A stretch of DNA of 64,000 nucleotides, taken from assembly GCF_000143415.4 (NCBI RefSeq), contig NW_003314272.1, positions 2,319,728-2,383,727 on the forward strand, written 5' to 3'. A model generated the notes under the pieces. It ran no database searches. It was not told the origin of the DNA and saw only the letters and a program-made list of their open reading frames with translations. Shown here one piece after another: positions 48,958-62,017 of the stretch. The stretch comes from Selaginella moellendorffii. Its lineage: Eukaryota > Plantae > Lycopodiophyta. Position 1 is the first letter of the stretch, and the number at the start of each line of letters is the position of its first letter. A program made the translations under genes and the position numbers.

Positions 48958-51900
48958 TTATCTCTTGCTACTGCGACAAGCAAGGAGCTCCGCGGTGGCA
49001 ACCTCCCTAATGGCATAGAAATCCACGTCCATGTGTCGGCCCCTGAGAAACAAAAGAACAATAAAAAGAACAGGAGAATCAATGTCTGGTGCTAAGCGTA
49101 CGTACCAGAAATGGTTCCTGGACCATGAGGAAGCCGGGTACATGGGACTTCCCAGCCCGTGGAAAATTCTGGCAATGGCACGGCCAGTGAAGTCCATTTC
49201 GTTGGAGCGTAGGAAAACCTGTCAGCCAAATGTTTTCAGCTTCACACCATTCGCTTGAAGTCGAGTGAACTGACCTTGACATCAGCACGCAAAAAGGAGC
49301 TAAAATCGCAGCAAGTGAGGGGGAATTTAGCTGCATGTGAAAAAGAGAAGTTTGCTTACCTTGTGGTTTTGAGAAAGCCTGGCATCGTAAGAGCTTGTTG
49401 GTCGGAGCTGGAATCGAAATAAGCCTTTATGCTGGCTCGTATAGGTGATTCAGCCGAAGGTCCCACTGACAAAGCTGCGGCATTGTACATCGCGTCCAGT
49501 TTTCTCACCTGTGGAGCAGCGTTAAAAGAACTACACTCTATAACCAGAGTAGATTAACCTTGCACGATTCGGCTTGTGAAAGGTAGTCCGCAAGTTTTGA
49601 AGTGAGCATGCAAATGTCTTCCGGAGATTCCAGGACTTGGTAGCAAAATGCTGGATCTTTCAGCTCGTACGCGATTTCTCCTCTTGTCTGAAGGGCTTGA
49701 AGCTCTCTCTGAATTTGCATCAGCGTTACTTTCATCTCTGCGGCCAGAGATGGTAGATTGAGAGTGTATCCGCCGTTCTTTTCTTGTTTCCTGCATGCCA
49801 CGCAGCTGAGTCGGATCCTTGACTCAAAGTGAGCCTACCTTTCTAAAACCGCAGAACAAAATGCATTTGATCTTGCCAGCACGTGCGGTGAACCCTGTAA
49901 TGTGCTGCGTCAAAATTCGGTCCCGCATAGCTGCTACGTTACCTTGTGGAAGTGTAAGATACATGTGGCCTTAAGAGAAGAGAGTACTCTTAACTGCTGC
50001 TCTTCTCCGACTTCCAAGTAGGAGAGAACTGTAGCTATCACCTGTAATGTAAGGATGATGACGAGAGAATTCTAAAATCCAAAACTTTGCGACTTTTTAC
50101 CTCCTCTTTTAAATCTAATTCCCTGCATGCCTGCTCGATATTTAAAGATTGCAATCCACGGCCAGAACCAAAAACGCGAGAAAGGAGCTTGTTTATCGCG
50201 TATTCATCAGCACCATCGCTGCAGCACTCGTTCATCATTAGCAAAGCACCTCAAATTTAGTGTATGTACCTGTGTGCCAAGCTCCTCAGCTTTAAATAGC
50301 TACAGTTATCAAGAAAGAGATGACAAAATGCAGGTTTCCCATCGCGGCCAGCACGTCCTATTTCCTGTTTATACAATCAAATGCCTGTTTTCAAAATTCT
50401 CAAACTCACCTGAACATAGTGTTCGGGACTTGATGGTATGGAATAATGAATTACCTGAGTATTGCATTGTTTAATATCAATATGACCTTCTAATTAGCTT
50501 TCTTACCCCCCTCACATCACTTTTGTCAAGTCCCATTCCAAAGGCAACGGTCGCAACCACCTAAGAAATATGGTTCATGTAAGAGTCCTGTAAAGCACTC
50601 GAAGCAAGCACATTACCACTCGAAGTTTGTTCAAGCAAAACTTTTCCTGGACTTCTCGCCGCGTTTGTAACGTTCTTCCAGCGTGATAACTCTGAAGTTC
50701 AACCATGCTGTACATTCAGCAAGCATAGAACGTTGTGCTTACGTCTGTAAGGAGGCCCTTCGACTGGAGATAGTTGCACACTAGGTCCGCTTCATTCTGT
50801 GACGCATTCCGTCAAATTGGCCCGCAAGCATTAGAGAAAGAGAGCGTCACCTGAAATTTGACATATATGATAATACTCTGCGCATCCACAAATGGGCTAG
50901 AGTTGAGCAGCTGAGCAAGAGCATGCAGTCTGCAAGAGAGTAAGTTAGATCCAAGATGAATCAGCACGTACTTGTTGGTTTCACAGCGGGAAACCGTAAG
51001 AACAAGATTTTGTGGAACTTCAGGCTGATTCAGTACATTATTCGATGAAATTCCCAGGGAGGACAAAACTGAGTCCTTCGTTTTTCGAGTAGCTGTAGCG
51101 GTCATAGCCAGCACGCATTTAGGCTTAACTTTATTACGAAGAACACTCCCAAGCCTGTAGTACGACGGTCTAAAATTATGTGACCTGCAGAGAAGTTGTT
51201 AGTGAGCAGGCAAATTGTACCAGAAAATAAACAAACCATTCCGAAACACAGTGAGCTTCGTCAACCACAGCCAGTGATATACTTGGAAGATCAGTTAATA
51301 CGGACAGAAAGCTCTCACTGTATAGTCGCTCTGGAGACATAAAAAGAACCTGCGCCAATGATTAATCGTTAAATCCATAAAACCGGACGACTTTCACAGC
51401 TAAGAAAATGAATACCTTCACGGCTCCAGTCCTTACTTGTTCTAGTACTTCCAAACTCTCCTTTGCAGACTATCCAATCATGAATGTTATGCACCTTGGA
51501 TTAGTAAAGGAAACAAACCTGAGTACTATTGATAAGAGCGCCAGGGATCGCCGATGGAAGATGACGCAACTGATCAACCATCAATGCTAACAATGGGCTT
51601 ATCACCAGAGTGGTTCCAGGTAGAAGATAGGCTGCAAGCTGAAATAGTTTGCAAGAATTTAAGAACCAGATGAAGAAAAAGAAGAAAAGGAAATACCTGG
51701 TAACAAAGTGACTTTCCAGCACCGGTGGAAAGAACAAGCATGGTTGACTGCCCTGACAGCACGCAACGAATCGTCTCTACCTGTCCCTTCCGGAAGCTAG
51801 CGTATCCAAAAACAGAACGAAGAACCTTCAATAAGTTGTGGTCAGTTGGATCTTTCAAAGCCGCGAGTGCTTCGTCGGGGAGGCAAGCTTCATCTTGGCG

Positions 51901-52704
51901 TTGAAGAGGCTCTCCATTCCCAGAATCGCACCAGCCATCGTCCTCCCAAATCTGATCCTTCCCTTCATCGACGGCATTGTCGCAGTCCTTCTTCTTAAAA
52001 CTGGATCTTCTACGTCCACGGTAAGACGACTTCTTGCCAGAAGATGCACGATTGAGGAACTTGCGATTCTTACGTCCTTTTCCGTTGATATTGAGCTTCA
52101 CAAAATTCCCCGCGGAATTCTGCGAGACCTTCGGCTTTCCGGAGCTATCTGAAGTTCCTCCGACAGCTGGTGCTCGTTTGCTCCTTTTCTCTACCTCTGT
52201 CACATCCCCAAAATCTCCCTCATCCATCGTAACTTTTGAGTCTAGACTTCTTGCCAAAGGAGCTCTCACTCCCCCGAGACTCAAACCAGTGCGCTTGCCA
52301 CCAAAACGCAAACTTGCTGCTTGGATCTCGCTCGCGGACCTCTCCCCGCATCGCTGTACGTTGATGACCATGCCCGACTGAAGAATCCGAGAGGAATACC
52401 CGTCGCTCAATTCGGAACCCAACGTTCCTGAGAATTCCTTGCTGGAACACTCCATTCCTCCCGCCTTGCACACTCGCAAGCGCTTTGGATCCTGGGGCTT
52501 CACAGCAGTGACAGGCTTCCTCTTGATCTGGAAAACCTCTTGTTACGCTACGAGCGAGAATGAGAGAGCGAGAGAAGCAAACCTGTTGTGTCGGTAAGAG
52601 ATTCTCCTTGCCGTTCGCTACAAAGCATCGCATTGGCACAAGAACAAGAATCCCGAAAGCATACCTTCGACACCGAGACCGCCCGAGGCGCAGCTATCGT
52701 CCAT
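48958..52704 (-). CDS. RECQL5: RecQ helicase, plant RecQl5 (RECQL4-like), multi-exon
   Basis: GNFVKLNIN, STGAGKSLCYQ, ISPLLALMVDQ, VDEAHCVSEW, AMTATAT, ATVAFGMGLDK, FTGRAIARIFHG. Confidence 0.9.
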
Positions 52705-52992
52705 GGCGCCCTAGCTCGCCCTTGCCCTAGCTCTTCCCGCCAAAATTTAAAAGTTTGCCCCAAAAGATTCGCTTCTTTCCAGATAGATAATAATGCCATT
52801 GCCAGGCACGCACGCTCAAAAGAGAGAGAAAATAAAAAAGAATCTCTCCTTTTGTGTCAAGTCATCGCTCGGACATATCAAATAAGAAATCCTCCTCTTT
52901 GAAACTGGCCAGGGATTAGGGCTGGAGTGTCCTCTAAATGAAGTGCCACGGCGATCGCGTGATCCACAGGCGGTGAGCGCGCGCGCGCGAGA

Positions 52993-54507
52993 ATGCGGGC
53001 TTGCGGCGAGCTCCACCGCGCAGCGATTGTCGCAGGTCTGTGTTCTTGCAGCAGGGTTAGCGGCAGTGGCAGTGGCACTAGCAGCAGTGGCAGCGGCTCC
53101 AGTGGAAGCTGGAATTTGTCGCTGGAATGCTTGCAAGGTAGAAATATAGCAGAATGTAGCTTTGGGCTAGAGATCAGGAACCCGAGAAGCAATTCTTTGG
53201 CCTCGTCTCGTCGCCGGGGAAATCTTCGCGACGTTTCCGCGCCTTCTTCTTTCACGATAAATGGGACTGGACGGATCTCTAGGAAGGACGAGGGACAGGT
53301 ACTTTGATCTTTCTTTTTCTTTGTTTTTGGGCTCTTGGACTGATGAAAGAAAATCATGTAGGACGTCCACTTGCTAAAGAAAATTCGCGATTTGCAGTCA
53401 CTAGCACTTCAAGGTAGGTACGCTTAAAGGACGTTTGGGTTTTATATCTTTCGATTAATACTCTTGTGTTGTAGGAGCTGCTCAATGGAAGATTGTTCCA
53501 GCATCGAAATCACTTCCAACAAATGTTTTTCTGGGTGTGCTCGCGCTGGTGGTCATCGTTGGCATGCTCAAGCTCAGGGAATTCGTTCCTTTTGGACGTA
53601 GATCCCCGGAAAGTGGCGTTAAATCGAGAATACAGAGGTCAGAGTGGTTCAAGGAGAGCAGGTCGTCGAACGGGAAAAGAAAACTGGATGAAGCATTACT
53701 CCGGCCCAGCAAGAACTTCAAGGCCGAAGAGGCCGACTTTCCCGTGTTCGAAAGGCTGGTTATACATGATGGCGAAGTAATCAGGGGTGGTTCTAACAAC
53801 AGCAAACTGGAGCCGGGTAGCAGAAGAAAGATCTCTCTTGCCCCTCGCAATACTGGTGGTCAAGGTGTCAAAAGCAGCACGCTAGCTGACGCGAACAGAC
53901 TGTCGAGGATTCGAAATTTCCTTTCTAGAACAAACGATCACAATGCGAGGCCGCTCTTTCAGAACTCGAAAAAGACGTCTGCCGAAGAGGCTATCAAGGA
54001 ACAGGCGGGTGAAACTCACGTTCAACGTAACTGGAATGACAAAGATGAGGTTTGAGATTCTCTTTCTTTTTCTCATATGAAATGTTTCTTCTTAATCTCC
54101 AGCTTGACTTGAGGAAACGAATTGAAGACCTTCGACAAAGTGTCCAAGCTGCAGAATATAACCGTAAGGCCGCGATCCAGGCGCTGGTCCAGGAGAGAAA
54201 GCGCAGCCTCGAGCTGGAAGTAAAGATCAGGAGACAGGTAAAAGCTGCGGTTATCACATACGAATCCTTCTCACACTAAGCCCGCAGAAAGAAGCTGCCA
54301 CTGCTCTCGAGGAAGAAGTTCGCGTGCTCAAGGTACTCATTTTTTCTTGCTAGGCAATTAAATCCTATAAAAATTCAACTTTCACAGGAATCTCACGAAG
54401 CACTGCTGGCTTCTCTTCGTAAGAAATACAGCTCCTCCGCAGCTGCCCGAGCAGCAGCAGCACTCCTGTATCAAAACTGGGAATCTGGCGAAACAAGTAA
54501 TGTGTAG
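52993..54507 (+). CDS. Uncharacterised protein: transit-peptide-like N-terminus, one TM helix, C-terminal coiled coil
   Basis: Ser/Gly/Arg-rich N-terminus; VFLGVLALVVIVGML; spliced tail LDLRKRIEDLRQ...LRKKYSSSAAARAAAALLYQNW. Confidence 0.65.
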
Positions 54508-56144
54508 AACAAACTAACGGGCGTGATGAAATTTTTGGCAACAAAGAAAAAAATAAAATCTGCTCTCAAGCTCCAAGAAACCCAGATTCAAGTACAAAGG
54601 AAAGCATCGAATTTTGTTTATAGGGTTATAGACAATATTTCATTTGACAATGAATTTTTTCAACTTAGAGATGCATAACTCATTGCTAAAATATAAGAAA
54701 GCCCTAACGCCATATTCGAAAATGATTTTTCTGAAGCGGGCTATGTGGAGCTCTGAAAGAAGAATTGAAGAGATGCTAAAACCATCAAAACCTTTCGAGA
54801 GCTATATAGAGGAAACTTATAGATTTCGAGAAGGAAACATACTGCTCGAATCCAGGGAAAGTTCCCGACGTAGGTCATCCTATAACATTGGCCGTGCGAC
54901 AATGTTGGCAAAATTGGAGCTTTCTGATGATCTCTACTCCATGATTTTTCTGCTGTACATTGGAAAGCTGGTAAAGATTGTTGGATCTTTATTGTGCTAT
55001 GCTTATTTTCTCTTCTGACGTGTGCAACTCGAACTCGAAGCAGATCAAGTCTGCAGACTTGCTGTACAAAGGTTCCCTGGACGAAGCTCAACATTGGCTC
55101 CAAACAGGTACTTCCGTTATGTTTCTAAAGTCACTAAGTAGCTCTTTTCACAGGCAAGATCGAATTCAGGCCTTGGCAAACTCGGAAGGGTTCTATGTCC
55201 CACCCCAGCTTGAAAACACTCCGGATTTTTCCTAGAGCTTGCAGATAATTTCCGATTCATGGATTTTGTGTTCCCTCCTTTGACACGACCGACCTCCTCC
55301 ATCAGGAAACCGTTATTAGCAAAGAAATAACAAAGGGTAAAATTTTATTAGGGATAAGCAACGCATACATGGCTGGAGAGTCAGAGTCCTCCCACTGCCT
55401 CTAAGGTCACTCAAGGTCATCTTCATTCATCGTGACAGTCATATAGTTCTTTTCCTTTTCGATGATCCAATACACTTTCATAGATACTTCTATGCCATGG
55501 GCCTGTCGCAAACAAATCAAACAAAGAGTTGCTCACTTGCCTTGGTGGGGTTTCATGGCAATATCTCCACTTGGGGTGCATCAAGACTATACCACATAGA
55601 AATTTCACTCTGCTGCATAGTATTATTGATCTTGTGAAAGGGTTAATATTATTTATCATAAAGAATATTTTCAAAGGTTTTATTTTACATTCTCAATAAT
55701 TAATAAATGTATTTTATGCCCATAAAAGGAATGTTAGCAACTTCCCTCCAAGTGAATTTAAGGATGTTTTCAATAAGAGGGGAGTTGATATTTTGCATTA
55801 AATCTACTTTATAATTGTTCAGATGGGTATGGCAAGTTTGTATTCAGCCTTCGACACAATTCCTCAAGCGCCTCAGCATATAAAGCTCTCATTTTTTTCA
55901 TGCTATTGAAGTAGCCATAACTAATATAAAAAATGTTATTTTGCACTTATCACCTTCCTAAATGCAAATAAAGTTGTAAATGCTATAAGTGGAAGCCACA
56001 TGGAAGAAAAAAGCGCAAAAACCCAGCCGTTCGATGGACCTTTGCCAAGAGCCCTAGAACCTACGGCTGGCATTCATTTGTTTCGCGCTCGAAGAAAAAT
56101 CACATAGCCTTGATAAAGACCGTAGAGTTACCTACGCTCACCTC

Positions 56145-56606
56145 CCACTTAAATGCCTAGCCAGAGTGATTTCCACCGTTGTCCGTCCCAAGTTCATCAC
56201 GGGACACATTCTTTTCCCGGATCCATAGAAGCTCAAAGTGCTTCCCATACCTCTCAGGATTAAAAATCCCTGCAGACTCACCCCACCACCTTGGATCTCG
56301 AGCGATCGACCAGATGTTAATCAGCACTCTTGTTTTCGCAGGGATGGTGAAGCCGTTTACCTCGCAGTCTTGGAGTGATTCGTGGGGAGCCATTAGAGAA
56401 GCCGGCGGATGCAAGCGGAATGCTCTCCTTGACCGCGGCTTTGAGGTATTTTAGTTTGGAAAGATCATCTTCGTTTACTTCTCTACCGTCAAATATTAGA
56501 TCGATCTCATCTTGTGCTTTGGCCATGCAGGATGGATTTTTATGAGCTCCGAGAGTGCCCCTCTGTGTTAATGGCCGCTGAGTCAGGTCCTCCGGTAAGT
56601 ACGTCC
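56145..56606 (-). pseudogene. Cytochrome P450 (CYP71-clan) pseudogene fragment
   Basis: KAQDEID, YLKAAVKE.., LHPP, INIWSIARDP, FNPER, GSGKRMCPG spread over shifted frames. Confidence 0.85.
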
Positions 56607-56830
56607 TGGAATACAGCCGTTTTACGATGGCTTATCAACAGACTCTTTCCTTCTTGCCCTCTGCGATGTGGATGCTGCATACCTTGATCGCTCCTTCCAT
56701 CTTTCAGCGCTCCGGACCGATATTCTTACCTTAAACCGCACAGGATTAGTGGGAATCTACGCTGTTTAAGCTAACCCAGCCTTTACTTTAGTGCATATAT
56801 AAATAAATAAGGTCAAGTCCTTTAGGATCT

Positions 56831-57592
56831 ATGGCGAGAGGAAGCAAGAGAAGTAGAGAAGACGATGGTATCATGGTGCTGACAAAGAAGCGTCGACTGA
56901 GAAGCGAGAGGGCTTGCAAGCTCACGGCCGAGGAGGTGAGGGATCAAAACTTGTACGGCGTGTGGGAGCACCACGACCTTCCGGACAACGTGTACCAGTG
57001 CCCAAGGTGCCAATCTTACAACACGCGGTTCGATTACTACAACAACGAGAAGAGTACTGGAAAGCGTGACCAGCAGCGCTACGCTTGTAGGTCGTGCAAG
57101 GGAAAATGGACACAAGGTGGCAAGGTAAGGGACGTATCGCTATCGCCCACCGGTGGAAATAAGAGAACTTTAAAGAGCCATGGGGGAGACAAGATCACTC
57201 CAGTCGTCCAGGAAGAATTTGTAGGCGAATCATCTCAAGTTATGGGTGATTGTGTTGTGGGTTTTGATCAAACTACTCATTGGGAGCAAGGTCATGGTCT
57301 GGGTGATTGTGCCCAACCAATATCTCACGAGGCTTTTGATCAAAACAGTTGTTGGGAGCTTCTGCCAGCCTTGGGTCAAGGACCTTTCGGTGATTGTGTG
57401 CAAGAAGTGTTTGCTCAAGCTAGCGAGCTTGGCGATGGAGTGTTTGCTGATCAAGTTAGTCAGGAGTTTGTTGGTGGGGTTCAAGGTGGAGATGTGCAAA
57501 CCAATTGCTGGGGGCAACCTCAAGAATTCAATGATGTGTTTCTTGATATTGAGGGATTTCTGGCAGACCTGCCAGAAATACAGGCTTGCTGA
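56831..57592 (+). CDS. Divergent Dof-type zinc finger protein with an acidic C-terminus
   Basis: CPRCQSYNTRFDYYNN...RYACRSCKGKWTQGGKVRDV; basic NLS-like KKRRLR; intronless. Confidence 0.8.
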   Translation: MARGSKRSREDDGIMVLTKKRRLRSERACKLTAEEVRDQNLYGVWEHHDLPDNVYQCPRCQSYNTRFDYYNNEKSTGKRDQQRYACRSCKGKWTQGGKVRDVSLSPTGGNKRTLKSHGGDKITPVVQEEFVGESSQVMGDCVVGFDQTTHWEQGHGLGDCAQPISHEAFDQNSCWELLPALGQGPFGDCVQEVFAQASELGDGVFADQVSQEFVGGVQGGDVQTNCWGQPQEFNDVFLDIEGFLADLPEIQAC

Positions 57593-58095
57593 TTCATGGA
57601 AATTTTTGTCAAAAGAATTTATAGTTGGATCCTAGGGTTTCCAGATTTGTTTGATGAATAGAAACCTACATAGTATTATATTTCAATCTTTATGTCAAAT
57701 ATATGAAAAGCCGCAAAGATAAGAAAAAATATATACTTTTTCTTTCTCCTCTTTCTCAAATAGTTTCCTGTCCATCAGTAAGCCGACGACGAAGGAGCTC
57801 ACAGAAACCCATGGAAATGCCTATAGATAGATCTTGAGCTTCACCAGTTTTCTATCATCAACCTCTAGCGCCTTGATTGTATTTACAGCCAAACCATTTG
57901 CCATACATTGTGATGGGAATACTTGCGCATGCCTGGCTTCTCGACAGACTCTCTTCTTCTTGCCCGCATCTTTCGACTATTTTTACCTTAAACCGCACAG
58001 GATTAGTGGGAATCTACGCTGTTTAAGCTAACCCAGCCTTTACTTTAGTGCATATATAAATAAATAAGGTCAAGTCCTTTAGGATCGTACGAGCT

Positions 58096-58497
58096 ATGGC
58101 GAGAGGAAGCAAGAGAAGTAGAGAAGACGATGGTATCATGGTGCTGACAAAGAAGCGTCGACTGAGAAGCGAGAGGGCTTGCAAGCTCACGGCCGAGGAG
58201 GTGAGGGATCAAAATTGTATGGCGTGTGGGAGCACCACGACCTTCCGGACAACGTGTACCAGTGCCCAAGGTGCCAATCTTACAACACGCGGTTCGATTA
58301 CTACAACAACGAGAAGAGTACTGGCAAGCGTGACCAGCCGCGCTACGCTTGTAGGTCGTGCAAGGGAAAATGGACACAAGGTGGCAAGGTAAGGGACGTA
58401 TCGCTATCACCCACCGGTGGAAATAAGAGAACTTTAAAGAGCCATGGGGGAGACAAGATCACTCCAGTCGTCCAGGAAGAATTTGTAGGCGAATCAC
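58096..58497 (+). pseudogene. Frameshifted, 3'-truncated duplicate of the Dof-like gene
   Basis: Near-identical to 56831-57233 plus upstream sequence; 1-bp deletion near 58215; abruptly replaced by AT-rich DNA at ~58497. Confidence 0.88.
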
Positions 58498-60654
58498 TTT
58501 TACTTCAGTATATTTAGGTCTAGTTTTTTCGAATGTTTGTAATTGATTAAAATCTAAATGAATAAATAATAAGAAAAGCAGGCATATATTAATAATATTA
58601 TTACCGGAATCAATAGGTGTCGTTGAAATTTTGTGGAAGGTTTTATTAAAGTAATATAACATGACAAAGAAATAAATTTCCTCTGCTAATTAATTAAGAA
58701 CTAAAATAATAAATTAATCCTTGGGTTTAGTTTCAATAAATAAAATTGATATTAAATAAAGGCAATTGTAAAGATAAAATTAAGATCATGACAGCCAATA
58801 TCTTAGACTTTATACAAGAAAATTGTGAGAATTTAATATTAGAAAAGGAAAAATTGTCTGATCAACATTATGCCACTTCCAATCCACTTTTAGGTTTACC
58901 AGTTCAAATTAAGAAAAACCAAGAATGATAAAAGGGAGATGAAGGAGATGTTGTAATGAGTTTCAAACACTTTATCCTCCACCAAAACTCAATCTCATGT
59001 GTGATAAACATGAAAAAGGTTTGTCAATTGTCCATCACTTTAGCATAAGTTAGACATTATGCTAATCAAAAGAGAATGCTATGAAAAAGTGCAAACTCCC
59101 AATTAATGAAGTTTGTATTAGCATAAGTGTTACATAAAACTTAAAAAGAGAAACTAAATGTAATGGATTGAAAATAATTGGTGATGTAAAAAGGTATGAA
59201 AATCCATGAAAAAGGAATTGAGCCAAGATGAGAAGAAGAATAACATCCATTGCATAAGCTTAAGGGTGAGTGTGAAGACAAGATCTAAATCTCTATAATA
59301 CATGTAAAAGTGATTTTCAATCTAATGTCATTGTTCAACATCGAAAAGATACCATCAACACATGACTCTAATTTCCATTAGAATTGTGCTTTACCATAAT
59401 TATGTACTAATTCCAATCTATTCTTAAAATAGATTATCATAGTGAATAATAAAATCAATAAAGATGAGATGTTAGCACATAAATGTTGGATAGATGAAAA
59501 AGAATAAAATCTTTGATATCCTCATAAAGGCAAAGGCAAACATGTTCCTTGAAAGCTACATCGGCTCATGAAATATTAATTAGCAACCATTTGAAATAAG
59601 TGAATATAGATTTAGGGCCTTTACACAAGTGTTGTAATTTATTAATGGCAATGCACTCTTGATTAATATTTCTAAATATACTAGTAAAGCATTGAACAAA
59701 GAGGATCACTCTTGAAATAAACAAGGAGTGAACCCTAAGCCCCTTTAAGGCATTCCGGCTTTAAATCCCATATACCATATAATATTTTTAGAATATCTCC
59801 TTAGTGACCCAACCACTACCAGTAGCTTTGAAAAGCTAAATGAGCCTCATATGAAGGGAATCCAAGGCAATATGACCATAAAGAAAAGATGTTCAAAAAA
59901 CACTAACATCACAACAAACAACCATGAAAGAAAGAAAGAAAGTAATATGACTTTTTGGCATGACAATATGGTTATAGAAACAAATGAATGAAAATAAAGC
60001 AAACAACTCAAATTATATAGCAATATGGCTATAAAATTTAATTCTCCCCTTCATCAAGAATGTCATAGAAGTTGGAATAACTATTCCACTAAACCAACAA
60101 CTTTTGAGTTGTCTTACAGTGTGTCTTCACCAATTTTTAAGCAAGAATATTGGCTGGACCAGCCTTTTCAACATTAATTTCAGAGATCTAGATGATGGAT
60201 TGATCCGCAACATCACTAGAGTGTAAACACACTTAAAATTTGCTCATATGGAATGTTAGATGAATATTTAAATTAATTAACAAGTCCAAAGTGTAAGCAA
60301 GATCCTCCATACACTGTAAAATTGTTTAAGGCCCATAATACCATGAAAACAACTTAACATTGCCACCTCTCAAAGACTTTTATGCATTTGACAGCTTAAA
60401 GAAAACCTTGTCACCAACTTTGTACTCTTGATGATGACAATGTGTAAGCCCTAAAGTGTAGCTGAAAGGATGCCATATAATAGTGGTTGAAGTGGAAGTT
60501 CAAAAGTGTAACATGTTTAGACCAAAAGCTTTAACTTAGAAAGCCAAGAGCAAGAGTGGAACTCTGAACAAAGTGCTTAAGGAATGAGTCTCTAGAAAGG
60601 GATATAAAAAGGACTAACACATGACAAGTGTTATGATACATAAAAATGTCAAGA

Positions 60655-60852
60655 CCAGATCCAAGATGGAGTTCGAGAAGGAATTCAAGATTGTGTCCAA
60701 GATGGAGTATGAGATGAAGTCCAAAAAGGAATCGGAGATGGAGTCCAAGGAGTTCAAGAAGGAATTCAAAATGGAGTCCAAGGAGTTCAAGAAGGAATTC
60801 AAAATGGAGTTCAAGAAGGAATTGAAGATAGAGTTCGAGAAGGAGTTCAAAA
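60655..60852 (+). repeat. Decayed 12-bp tandem repeat (GAGATGGAGTCC-like)
   Basis: aagatggagttc/aaggagttcaag units. Confidence 0.75.
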
Positions 60853-61839
60853 ATGTATCATATGTGGTTTTTACCCTTTATCCTATAGTGATTTACCATA
60901 GCATAACTACGAAGTGAAACCTAAACCTTTTATATGCCATGTGTCATATGCCACATGCTACATACCACGTGTCTAAAGGATAGTCAGGGCCTTAAGCCAC
61001 TGAATGAAGGAATGGAGCTAAACTCCTAAGCATGGAGCTAAGGAGTGAAGGAACCAAAGTATGGAGTGATTCTTGAGAATTCAACCCAAGGAGCGGAGGG
61101 AGAGGAACACAAAGCAACTTGGAACAGTTTGAAAGCATTTAGCATCCTAATGTTAGGACTAGCATGCAAAACGGAGCTAAATAGAATTTAGTGTTATTTT
61201 AGCATACTAGTGGCCTAATGCGAGGATATGGGTACTCCACCATCTAGCATGGTATGGAACTTAGGCTTAAACTTAAGTTAGATGCAAAACAAAAACAAGC
61301 ACGCAAGCGAGAGCTAAATTATGCCTTAAGTTAGTCAGCCATGCCCAACTTACCCACTATCCCTTCTATATGTTTAAAACCCTTTACAAGCCTTTAAAAC
61401 CCTTTACAATCTCTACATTCTGTAAATATACCAAATAAGAAGATCTAGACATTTTCCATAAATAGCATTTAGAAGTGGAATAAGACTAACACAAAGGGCA
61501 TGATAGCAAAGGTGTTTGGCAGACACGATAAGTTATCATCCAGCAAATATTAAAGGACCAAACTCAATATCACTAGGGTTCTTAACACTAGCAAGTGCAA
61601 GTCAATGAATAAGTTTCTTTAACCAGGTCAAGTATGTTAATAACACTTAGGAATTCCATCCTTATGCTCATCTGGTCAAGTGCATATGCAAAGACCAATT
61701 TCTCAACTAATTTAGGCGGAGAATGAAAAAGGGACCAGCAATACCGACCTTCTACTGTCATAGTAGTAAGGAAAGAATATCTAAAAGGACTAGCCAACAG
61801 ATAACTTTCAATACCCGAAGTCACATTCGCAACAAAGAA

Positions 61840-62017
61840 AGAGTCTAAAGTGGAGCCTGAGAAGGAAATCAAGATGGAGTCTAAGAAGGAGTCTGAGATG
61901 AAAATTGAGAGTGAGACCAAGATCGAGACCAAGACTGAAACTAAGACCAAAACCAAGACTAAGATTGGGGTGGAGACCAAGTCCGAGTCTAAGGGTGAAA
62001 GCCCAAAGTGATCATCT
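61840..62017 (+). repeat. 12-bp plus 6-bp tandem arrays ending in GTGAAAGCCCAAAGTGATCATC
   Basis: Inverted counterpart at 63558-64000. Confidence 0.7.

Noticed and set aside
54644-55235. Exon-like ORF fragments
   Set aside because: Possibly a gene remnant, but no family could be assigned and no coherent model built
60621-60917. EFKK/EMES repeat protein ORF
   Set aside because: Translation of a 12-bp tandem repeat, not a supported gene
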